Below, one piece after another: positions 26,848 through 35,309 of a stretch of DNA of 49,003 nucleotides. The stretch's first letter is position 1. Each line of letters begins with the position of its first letter. Made by a program: the position numbers and the translations under genes. The stretch is from a virus. Taxonomy: Duplodnaviria > Caudoviricetes. The notes beneath the pieces were generated by a model, which saw only the letters and a program-made list of their open reading frames with translations, did not search any database and had not been told where the DNA came from. The DNA is taken from the IMG/VR virus record IMGVR_UViG_3300009506_000052, positions 1 to 49,003 of that record; one strand, written 5' to 3'.

Positions 26848-27116
26848 TGGCAAGAGACATTCTAGGTGAATTTGGCTCGAACTCGCCGTCGAACCAGCGC
26901 GCTCGCGCGACTTCTGGTGGTGTAACGCAGGCCAAAGAACTTCCATACTCTCCTCCGCAGGGACCGCGCGCTCAGTTTAAGTCTGGCAGCGGTCATCCGG
27001 AGCCGGGCTATGGAACTAAAGGCGAGTCGCTCGGCGAGGGCTACGAAGAATTCACTGGCAGCCCTGGCATTGGCGGCACTAATCATGGCAACTCTGGAAG
27101 CCAGGGTAGGCACTAA
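26847..27116 (+). CDS. small disordered protein ending NSGSQGRH
   Basis: GGGAG RBS; TGATG and TAATG coupling. Confidence 0.7.
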   Translation: MARDILGEFGSNSPSNQRARATSGGVTQAKELPYSPPQGPRAQFKSGSGHPEPGYGTKGESLGEGYEEFTGSPGIGGTNHGNSGSQGRH

Positions 27117-27856
27117 TGACAACAGATGTTGATATCACCAATCGCGCACTGCAACTTATAGGTACTCGAACAACGATCACCTCAATGAGCGAGCAGGCTA
27201 ATGAGGCGCTCCAAGCGAACCTCGTCTATAATTCTGTGCGTGATTGGTGTTTCGGCATCAGCAATTGGAACTTTGCTCGTAAAGTTGTTTCCCTCACAAT
27301 AGGGAAACAGCTTACGGGCTCGGCAACAACGTGGACTTCTACTGCTCCGCAACCTCCTTGGAAATATGAATATAAGCTTCCAAGCGATTTCATTCGCGCG
27401 TGCTATTTGACTAATTCAGATCATGCTACTCAGCAAGCCTACAATGGCGATCCGCGCCGGTTCTCGCTTGGTGATGATACTATCACATCGGTGGAGCAAC
27501 AGGTTATTCTTACTAACGAGAGTCCTGCCATTCTAATCTACATCGCAAGGATTAGTGACCCGACACTTTGGCCTTGGTATTTTGAGCGTCTCGTTGTTGG
27601 CACCTTAGCCTGGACCTTGGCCGGTGCCCTGACTGGTGACAAGGACCTCATGGCCTATCTTGACGGCATAGCAACCCGCTTCTTCACAATTGCAGAGCAG
27701 CGGAATAGAGAGGAAGGTCTCTCGTTCAACGACAAATCGCCCGAGTGGATACAGGCCCTTGGTATTCCCTATCCACATATGCGAACAGACCCGAAGATGC
27801 ACGATATGATGACTGGACAAATGAAGGCACAGCAAGATGGCAACCAGCAGCGCTGA
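27116..27856 (+). CDS. tail adaptor / tubular protein A paralog 1 (T7 gp11-like)
   Basis: DITNRAL..IG, WNFARK, WKYEY.LPSDF, EGLS...PEWI. Confidence 0.82.
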   Translation: MTTDVDITNRALQLIGTRTTITSMSEQANEALQANLVYNSVRDWCFGISNWNFARKVVSLTIGKQLTGSATTWTSTAPQPPWKYEYKLPSDFIRACYLTNSDHATQQAYNGDPRRFSLGDDTITSVEQQVILTNESPAILIYIARISDPTLWPWYFERLVVGTLAWTLAGALTGDKDLMAYLDGIATRFFTIAEQRNREEGLSFNDKSPEWIQALGIPYPHMRTDPKMHDMMTGQMKAQQDGNQQR

Positions 27857-28517
27857 TATTTGCAATCAGGCTCTTAGGGCTATTGGGAGTCAGGCAACAA
27901 TCCGTGACCTCACGCAGGACTCGCTCGAGGCCCAGGCCTGTAATTCAATTTACAGCTTTGTCACCGACTGGTGCCATACGCTGACGAACTGGAATTTCGC
28001 TCGCAAGACAGCAACTCTGACAAAGACCAAGACTTCAACCGGCTCGGGCGCATGGTCTGTTGGGTCACCTGCACCGGCCTGGAAATACGAATATTCCTTA
28101 CCGTCTGACTTTATCAGGTTTCTCTACGTTACAAATTCAGAGAACGATGGAAGCAAGTTCCTTGGCAATGTACAGCGCGCCGTTGTTACCAACGATACTG
28201 CCCCGGTCGTTTTAACCGACACTGATGGAGCCATCCTCGTCTATACTGCTAGGATTGGTGAGCAGTATTGGCCACCGCACTTTATTCGTCTCGCTGTTTC
28301 GGCAGTTGCTTGGAATATTGCCGGGACGGTGACTGGTCAGAAGGATTTGGTTCAGTATTTCGATAGTATCACTACTCGAATGTTCATGGTTGCTGAACAA
28401 ATCAACCGCGATGAAGGTCTGTCGATCATTGACAGCACGCCAGAGTGGATACAGGCGATCGGCATTAACTATCCTTATCGCAGGCTGGATGGCAAAAATG
28501 ACAGTATCAAACGTTGA
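27837..28517 (+). CDS. tail adaptor / tubular protein A paralog 2
   Basis: DICNQAL..IG, WNFARK, WKYEYSLPSDF, EGLS...PEWI. Confidence 0.82.
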   Translation: MATSSADICNQALRAIGSQATIRDLTQDSLEAQACNSIYSFVTDWCHTLTNWNFARKTATLTKTKTSTGSGAWSVGSPAPAWKYEYSLPSDFIRFLYVTNSENDGSKFLGNVQRAVVTNDTAPVVLTDTDGAILVYTARIGEQYWPPHFIRLAVSAVAWNIAGTVTGQKDLVQYFDSITTRMFMVAEQINRDEGLSIIDSTPEWIQAIGINYPYRRLDGKNDSIKR

Positions 28518-29577
28518 TATAGCCAACAGGGCTCTGATAGCAGTAGGTCTTCAAAAGAAGCTTACTTCGCTAACACAGGACTCTGCGGAAGCCGCGACGA
28601 TTAACGCGATCATTACTCTGCTGCGTGATGATTTGCTGAGAATGGCGCCGTGGAACTGCTCAACAAACTACAACAACCTGACTTATATTACGTCCTCGCC
28701 GGGGACGCCAGAGAATACCAGTGCTGGAACAACGCTGTGGCAGAAAGGGCAGCCGCCCGCACCTTGGTCGTATGAATATCAGTACCCAACTGATTGCTTA
28801 CGACCACTGTGGATAACGCCACAGTTGCAGACTGGCTTCTCTGGTGGCGTTCCGATTACAACTGCGGTGACTGGTGGTGGCCCCTCGTTCTGGAATGGGC
28901 CGCCAGTTAAATACAAAGTTGCAATCGACCAATTCTATACTGTTGCAAGCGCTGCCCCTGTAAATCGTGGCGCGGATTATCAGATGAATGATCTTATAAC
29001 GCTGCCTGCGACAAATTCTGATGACACTCCTGTTGGAACACCGGCGGTATTGAAGGTCGCAAGCGCAAGCGCCGGTCAGATCAACTCAGTAACTCCTGTC
29101 GATCCCGGCACCGCTGCGGGCGCAATTCCTGGCGGACTCTATTTCAGTATTCCAACTAATCCTGTTTCGCAGTCGTCTACTACCGGAATAGGTACTGGCG
29201 CAACATTCAACTTGACCTTCGGATCAAAGGCCGATCAGCGCGTTATTCTGACCAATCAAGAATATGCGATGATGGCCTATGTTAAGCAGGTTACTGATCC
29301 GACAATCATGGATACACTATTCCAAGACGCCTGGACCTCGATCTTGGCCGCGCGCATAGCGATGATCTTGATTGGCGATAGGTCACTTGCCAATATGAAG
29401 ATCAATGAAACAAACAGCTATATTCTCGAGGCAAGGAAAGCAGATGGAAACGAGGGTCTGACGATCAATGATGTGACGCCTGACTGGATCAGAACGCGCG
29501 GCATCAACTATCCGAATTGGGAGTTCAGCCCCAACAATATGCAGTATGATTGGGGACCAATGTGGAGTCCATACTAA
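28498..29577 (+). CDS. tail adaptor / tubular protein A paralog 3 with inserted beta domain
   Basis: DIANRAL..VG, PWN, WSYEYQYPTDCLR, EGLT...PDWI; insert at ~28930-29225. Confidence 0.82.
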   Translation: MTVSNVDIANRALIAVGLQKKLTSLTQDSAEAATINAIITLLRDDLLRMAPWNCSTNYNNLTYITSSPGTPENTSAGTTLWQKGQPPAPWSYEYQYPTDCLRPLWITPQLQTGFSGGVPITTAVTGGGPSFWNGPPVKYKVAIDQFYTVASAAPVNRGADYQMNDLITLPATNSDDTPVGTPAVLKVASASAGQINSVTPVDPGTAAGAIPGGLYFSIPTNPVSQSSTTGIGTGATFNLTFGSKADQRVILTNQEYAMMAYVKQVTDPTIMDTLFQDAWTSILAARIAMILIGDRSLANMKINETNSYILEARKADGNEGLTINDVTPDWIRTRGINYPNWEFSPNNMQYDWGPMWSPY

Positions 29578-32196
29578 ATGACCTCTCCTGGCGTATTCCA
29601 TAAATCCTTTCACGCAGGCGAATGGGCTCCTGCGCTGAATGCCCGCGTTGATCTTGCCAAGTATCATGCTGGCACAGCGCTGCTTCGCAATTTCTACGTT
29701 GACTATCGAGGCGGTGCAAGCACTAGGACCGGGACGAAGTATATTGCTGCTGGCTACAAGCCAACTAAGACAATTCGTCTTATTCCGTTCCAGGCCTCGT
29801 TCTCTGTAGGATATGTTCTGGAGTTTGGCGATTATTATATCCGCTTCTATTTTAATGGTGCTCAAGTTCTTAGCGGTGGCTCGCCATATACCCTTCCATC
29901 TCCTTATTCTGCTGATGACTTGGATATGTTGAAGTTTGCAATGAATGTTGATAAAATGATTATTACACATTCGAGTTACCCACCTTATGAATTGCATTTA
30001 ATCTCTGCAACGAATTGGACTCTAACACAGATACAATTCGGCTCGAATGTATCAGCGCCAACCAATGTTCTATCATCAACAACTGTTGGTTCAGGGTCAG
30101 TCAACTATGCGTATTTAGTTACATCAGTCGATGCTAATGGACAAGAAAGTAGCGTTTCAGATATCACTTATCTAAATAGCAAGATAGATATTAGTGTCAC
30201 AGCAGGAACCAACTCTATAACTTGGACTGCTGCTAGCGGTGCGCTGAGTTATAACGTATATAAAGCAGAGCCATCCTATACTGGTCAAATAGCTGTGGGT
30301 GCTGCATTTGGGTACATTGGTAATTGCACTGGAGCTGCCTTTGCCGATACAAATATTCCACCTGACTTCTCTACCTCTCCGCCAATAGTTCAGAACCCTT
30401 TCTATGGTAGCGGTGTGGATCACTATACAATAGGTGTTAACGGAACTTACACAACACTTCCAACGGTGACAATATCTGCGCCTCCTGGTGGTGGAGCGGC
30501 AGCCACCGGACAGGCTTATCTTGGTCTTACTAGCGGCGCAATCTTTGCTGGTGGTGGTGGATATTCTGTTGGTAATATATTGAGAATGTCCTCTTCTGGA
30601 TATGGTATTCTGTGCTCTGTACAAGTGACTTCAATTGGCGGTGGTGGTACAGTTACAGGGTTCTCTGTCTATTGGCATGGCAGTTGGACTGGTAGTGGAA
30701 CAGCGCCAAACTTATTGAACGCTCTTTCTGGTGATAATCCTGGAATTACAGGCACAGGATTTCAGATAAACAATTCTGTTTGGGGTGTGTACGGTATCAC
30801 TCCTGTATATCCAGGTGCAGGATATGTAACGGCGCCTACTGTTACATTCAGTTCTGGTACTGCTACCGCAACAGCTACTCTTGCTGCCAGCACCAGTGGC
30901 AATCCAAGCACTGTCACGTTCTTTCAGCAACGCTTAGTCCTCGCAGCGCCACCGCAAGGGCTACAGACTTTCTATATGAGTCAAACAGGATCGTATTATA
31001 ACTACAATGTCAGCAATCCTATTAGGTCCGACGATGCTATCACAAGCTCTATCGTTGCAGGGCAATTGAACGAGATTAAGTCAATGGTATCGGTCCCTGC
31101 CGGGCTAATGCTTCTGACTAACAACGCTGCCTGGATGGTAAATGGAGGCAGCTATGGAACGCCAGTCACTCCTTCGCAGATCGCAGCCAATGCTCACTCG
31201 TATAATGGCATCAGTGACGTTCCACCGATCATCGCCAACTTCGATGTTCTCTACGTACAAGCGAAAGGCTCTATCGTTAGAGATATTACCTACAACTTCT
31301 ACACCAACATCTTTACTGGCACAGATATCTCAGTCCTCTCCAGCCATCTGTTCTATGGCTATACGATTAAGGAGTGGGCTTGGGCGCAAGAGCCTTTCAA
31401 ACTCGTTGCCGCTGTTCGTAATGATGGTACGCTATTGACATTGACCTATCTTAAAGAGCAGGAACTGATTGGCTGGGCGCACAGCGACACCAACGGACTG
31501 TTTAAGTCTGTGGCAACGATAACGGAGACCGTTAATGGAAACTCTGTTGATGCCCTCTATGTTGTGGTTCAACGAACCATCAATGGATCAACTGTTCAAT
31601 ATATCGAGCGATTTGCAGAACGAAACTTCACCACTGTTGCTGACGCTTGGTGCGTGGATGCAGCTAAGCAGTATAGTGGTGCGCCAGCGACAAACTTTAC
31701 TGGAGCCGCTCACTTGGCTGGTGCTACCGTTACTGGTCTTGCCGATGGAAATGTTATCACTCCATTTACAATGCCTGTCAGCGGGAATTTCACTCTTTCG
31801 ACAGCAGCTTCAAAGGTGACAATTGGCCTCGCATTCACGCCACAGTTGCAAACGCTTAACCTCGATATAGGTGATCCAACCATCCAAGGCAAGCGAAAGA
31901 AAATCTCTGGCGTGACCGTGCGCGTACAGGATACCCTTGGTCTCTCGATCGGCAAGAGTTTCTCGACGTTAGTTGCAATGAAAGACCTTATTGTTGGGAA
32001 TGTAGGGAGCCAGACCAACCAAGTCGTCACCGACCTCGTCACCGGCGATGCTCGTACTATCATAACTTCTCAGTGGGATGAGCCCGGCCAATTCTGTATT
32101 CAACAGTCTTATCCATATCCTGCTACTGTCCTTGGTGTAATACCAGAGATTACCATTGGTGATACTCTGAAGTTTCCAAGGAGGAATGAACAATGA
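29578..32196 (+). CDS. tail nozzle / tubular protein B (T7 gp12-like)
   Basis: SFHAGEWAP.L.ARVDL..Y, RLIPF, LEFG..YIRF, FFQQRL, DIS.LSSHLF, YIERF. Confidence 0.88.
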   Translation: MTSPGVFHKSFHAGEWAPALNARVDLAKYHAGTALLRNFYVDYRGGASTRTGTKYIAAGYKPTKTIRLIPFQASFSVGYVLEFGDYYIRFYFNGAQVLSGGSPYTLPSPYSADDLDMLKFAMNVDKMIITHSSYPPYELHLISATNWTLTQIQFGSNVSAPTNVLSSTTVGSGSVNYAYLVTSVDANGQESSVSDITYLNSKIDISVTAGTNSITWTAASGALSYNVYKAEPSYTGQIAVGAAFGYIGNCTGAAFADTNIPPDFSTSPPIVQNPFYGSGVDHYTIGVNGTYTTLPTVTISAPPGGGAAATGQAYLGLTSGAIFAGGGGYSVGNILRMSSSGYGILCSVQVTSIGGGGTVTGFSVYWHGSWTGSGTAPNLLNALSGDNPGITGTGFQINNSVWGVYGITPVYPGAGYVTAPTVTFSSGTATATATLAASTSGNPSTVTFFQQRLVLAAPPQGLQTFYMSQTGSYYNYNVSNPIRSDDAITSSIVAGQLNEIKSMVSVPAGLMLLTNNAAWMVNGGSYGTPVTPSQIAANAHSYNGISDVPPIIANFDVLYVQAKGSIVRDITYNFYTNIFTGTDISVLSSHLFYGYTIKEWAWAQEPFKLVAAVRNDGTLLTLTYLKEQELIGWAHSDTNGLFKSVATITETVNGNSVDALYVVVQRTINGSTVQYIERFAERNFTTVADAWCVDAAKQYSGAPATNFTGAAHLAGATVTGLADGNVITPFTMPVSGNFTLSTAASKVTIGLAFTPQLQTLNLDIGDPTIQGKRKKISGVTVRVQDTLGLSIGKSFSTLVAMKDLIVGNVGSQTNQVVTDLVTGDARTIITSQWDEPGQFCIQQSYPYPATVLGVIPEITIGDTLKFPRRNEQ

Positions 32197-32609
32197 GAGT
32201 CTCAATAGAAGAAGTCGCGCGGCCCGAGGCGAGAAAGATAGTAAAGCTGTCGCACGCCCTATCCAGTGTCGAAGAAAAACTGATGGATGATTGCCTGAAG
32301 ATGAGTACGACCCTGTGGGTTGGCCTAGTCGATGATGCGCTGGCCTGTCTTTGGGGAGTCATTCCGCCGACTCTAATGTCCAACGATGCCTACTTATGGC
32401 TCTACACCACCCCACTCGTTGAGGACCATCAGTTCACTTTCGTTCGCCGTTCGCAGATTGTCATTAAAGAATTACTCGAGCAGTATGATCGGCTCGTCGG
32501 TTATTGCCTGTTAAGTGCGGATCGCAGTATTAAGTGGCTATCGTGGCTCGGTGCTGAGTTTGGTCGCAGAGACGGAACCAAGGTTGCCTTTGTAATAAGG
32601 AAGAAATAA
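32193..32609 (+). CDS. gp13-like (GNAT-fold) tail assembly / internal protein
   Basis: Position after nozzle; LWL.TT, SIKWL.WLGAEF. Confidence 0.65.
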   Translation: MRVSIEEVARPEARKIVKLSHALSSVEEKLMDDCLKMSTTLWVGLVDDALACLWGVIPPTLMSNDAYLWLYTTPLVEDHQFTFVRRSQIVIKELLEQYDRLVGYCLLSADRSIKWLSWLGAEFGRRDGTKVAFVIRKK

Positions 32610-32610
32610 A

Positions 32611-33165
32611 ATGGACCCGGTCACTCTAGGTGTTATCTCGATCGGCAGTACGCTCGCTAGTGGTGCGCTGAGTGGGTTTGCTGGTTATAGTCAAGCGAGA
32701 TACTTGCAGGGTGTTGCGAAGGCCAATGCTAGGGTCAATGCGCAGAACGCTCAGTACGAACGACAGGTCGGTGAAATTCGCGCGCAGCGTGTTGGTATGG
32801 CCGGGCAACAGCGGGAAAGTCAGATTGTCGCTACACAGGGCGCGAGCAATCTCAGTGTGGCCAGTGGCTCGCAAAAGCAGGTGCAGGAAAGTCAGAGAAC
32901 GGCGACTCAAATGGACGAGGCAACCGAGCGGGCCAACGCACTTCGCCGGGCCTATGGTTATCAAGTAAGGGAAACTCAAGACCTTGCGCAGGCCAAGATG
33001 TACGGGCGCACGGCTGCCATGACAATTCCAGCCTCGATTATCGGGACCGTCAGCGGCGTCTCGGATAGATGGCTGAGGGCCTCGGAAATGGGTGTGTTTG
33101 GCAGCAGTAGCGAGTTTGGAACTATTGGTGGCACTGGTCTGCCTGGATATGGAGGTCTGTACTAA
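32611..33165 (+). CDS. internal virion (ejection) protein, gp14-like
   Basis: MDPVT plus hydrophobic A/G/S-rich N-terminus; Q/A-rich helix. Confidence 0.7.
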   Translation: MDPVTLGVISIGSTLASGALSGFAGYSQARYLQGVAKANARVNAQNAQYERQVGEIRAQRVGMAGQQRESQIVATQGASNLSVASGSQKQVQESQRTATQMDEATERANALRRAYGYQVRETQDLAQAKMYGRTAAMTIPASIIGTVSGVSDRWLRASEMGVFGSSSEFGTIGGTGLPGYGGLY

Positions 33166-35309
33166 TGGCACAGGTTCCTTATCAGCCGGTTCCGACCGTT
33201 GCGCCTTCAACTGAAGGTACGCCGAATATCAGTGTGGGTGCGCCGGGCGCTGCCTTTGGCGCTGGCGTTGCGAAGGAGCTTGGTGACGCCGGGCAGATGC
33301 TTTTTACCAACGCTATGCAGATGCAGCAATTGCAGAATGAGGCAGATGTTAATCAGGCAATGACGGACTATTTGATTAAGTCTGGCGAACTCGATAATGC
33401 GTTCCGGCTGTTGCAGGGTAATAAAGCGCAGGCGCAGCTTCCGCAGCACATTCAAGCCCTAACTGAACTGCGTGCGAACTCCCGCGCGGGCCTGAACCCG
33501 ATGGCGCAGAAGCTGTTCGATCGAGAAACAATGCGCCGGTACGGCTACGATGTTGTCAATGCCTCGAATTACGCAGCCACGCAGGCGAAGGCATTTCACA
33601 AGCAGTCTGTTGAAGCGAACCAAATTGCTATGGCTGATCGAACTGCCAAAGACCCGTACAATACTAAGTATATGGATGATGTAATTCAAGGAACTATTGA
33701 TAGCGAAACCAAACTGAGCTTGGATGAGGGTGACACGAACCCAATGACCAAGGTCAGAGTTCAACAAAAGGTCGGAAGGGTGATTAGTGCTGTATCGGCC
33801 TCGATGGCCCGGCACGATCCAGATAGCGCTAAGGGACTGCTGGAAAGGTGGAAGGATAAAATTCCAGAGGTTGACTATCTCAAGGCACTTGATACTGTTA
33901 ATACCCGCGCGGTGCAGGTTCACTCTGCAATGGACGCGCGGCGTCTTGTCGGTGGCGAGGCAGCAGTTAGTCCACAGGACGCTAACCTCGTGGTGCAGAT
34001 CGCTGCGACAAAGGGCTGGACTGGTGGCACTTTTACACCTGAGAACATCAGTCGGCTAGTCAGTCAGGAAAGTGGATGGCAGAACCTGCCCCCAAACAAG
34101 GCGGGCTATGCTGGTTTCTTCCAGATGAAGCCAAAGGAATTTGGACTGACACCGGACGACTTTGCTAAAATGTCTTTCGAGGACCAGCTTAATCTCTATG
34201 CCAGTCAGTATTTGACGAAACACGGATATACTGGCGTTGAGGACTTGGGAGTTATGAACGCGGCACCGGCCTTCAGTAAGGCTTCTGACTCTGCAATCGC
34301 CTATCCAGCCGGTTCCATCGAAGCTGTCTCTAATCCTCAGTGGGTTAAATACAGTAATGCAGGCGGTGCCGTCACTGTTGGCGGCATCAAGGCCTGGGCC
34401 GCTGCCGGGGTGAGCGGGCTTACGCCAGAAACGAATATGTCGAAGTTGCTGGATAAGGGAGCGCAGCTAGCAAAGATGCGTTTTCCTGGCAATCCGGTCC
34501 TGCAAGAGCAGTATCTCGAGGCCTTCCAAACGCGGCTCCGGTCCAATGCGGCACTGCAGCGGTCTGAGTTAAAGACGCAAATGCAGGCCAACCGGAATGG
34601 TATCGACGAGACACTATTTAAGATCGGGGCGAATGGCCTTGGCCCGCGCGACCTTGATGAAGCTATGGCTATTGACCCGAATTTCCAGCAGAAATGGGAA
34701 ACGGCAAAGGTTCTCAATCCGACAATCAGCAAGCATATTAAGGATACTTTTCAGTACTGGTCCAATGTCGAGCATCGAACTGGAACGCTCGGTTGGGAGG
34801 CTCGAGTTGATGCCGCGAACGGTCTTGCAGCCGGGCTGCATCCTGGTGATATAGAACAGTTCTTGGCCATTTCTCCGGCAAGTCTCGGTGCGCCTTACGG
34901 CGTCACGGAGAAGATCAGGGCGAAGCAGCTCGCTGTTCAGAAGAAGGCGCAGGACACGGCAAGGCTTAATTCGTATCTCCGCGCGGTCCAGCCACAACTT
35001 GCTGATGCTGGTATCTACGCAAACAATCCTGGAGAATACAATCAGTTCGTCGGGGCCTTTCAGGCCAAAATTGAGGATTGGGAGAGCAAAAATCCTGCGA
35101 AACGACTGCCTGAGGCTGACGCTAAGGGAATGGCGGCCTCGCTTATTCGAGAGCGGGGCGGTTGGTGGGGCTTTTTCACGACGAGAAACTTCGAGGTTCC
35201 ATCGTCCTTCATTACCGAAGAAATGCAGAATAAATTTGAGAAACGCTTTGGCCATGCGCCCACGCCCGCTGATATTTACCGTCTCTATCAGCTGAGTAAA
35301 ACCCCATGA
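33165..35309 (+). CDS. internal virion (ejection) protein with lytic-transglycosylase-like domain
   Basis: MAQVP start; LVSQESGW...AGFFQM (~34040-34130). Confidence 0.7.
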   Translation: MAQVPYQPVPTVAPSTEGTPNISVGAPGAAFGAGVAKELGDAGQMLFTNAMQMQQLQNEADVNQAMTDYLIKSGELDNAFRLLQGNKAQAQLPQHIQALTELRANSRAGLNPMAQKLFDRETMRRYGYDVVNASNYAATQAKAFHKQSVEANQIAMADRTAKDPYNTKYMDDVIQGTIDSETKLSLDEGDTNPMTKVRVQQKVGRVISAVSASMARHDPDSAKGLLERWKDKIPEVDYLKALDTVNTRAVQVHSAMDARRLVGGEAAVSPQDANLVVQIAATKGWTGGTFTPENISRLVSQESGWQNLPPNKAGYAGFFQMKPKEFGLTPDDFAKMSFEDQLNLYASQYLTKHGYTGVEDLGVMNAAPAFSKASDSAIAYPAGSIEAVSNPQWVKYSNAGGAVTVGGIKAWAAAGVSGLTPETNMSKLLDKGAQLAKMRFPGNPVLQEQYLEAFQTRLRSNAALQRSELKTQMQANRNGIDETLFKIGANGLGPRDLDEAMAIDPNFQQKWETAKVLNPTISKHIKDTFQYWSNVEHRTGTLGWEARVDAANGLAAGLHPGDIEQFLAISPASLGAPYGVTEKIRAKQLAVQKKAQDTARLNSYLRAVQPQLADAGIYANNPGEYNQFVGAFQAKIEDWESKNPAKRLPEADAKGMAASLIRERGGWWGFFTTRNFEVPSSFITEEMQNKFEKRFGHAPTPADIYRLYQLSKTP

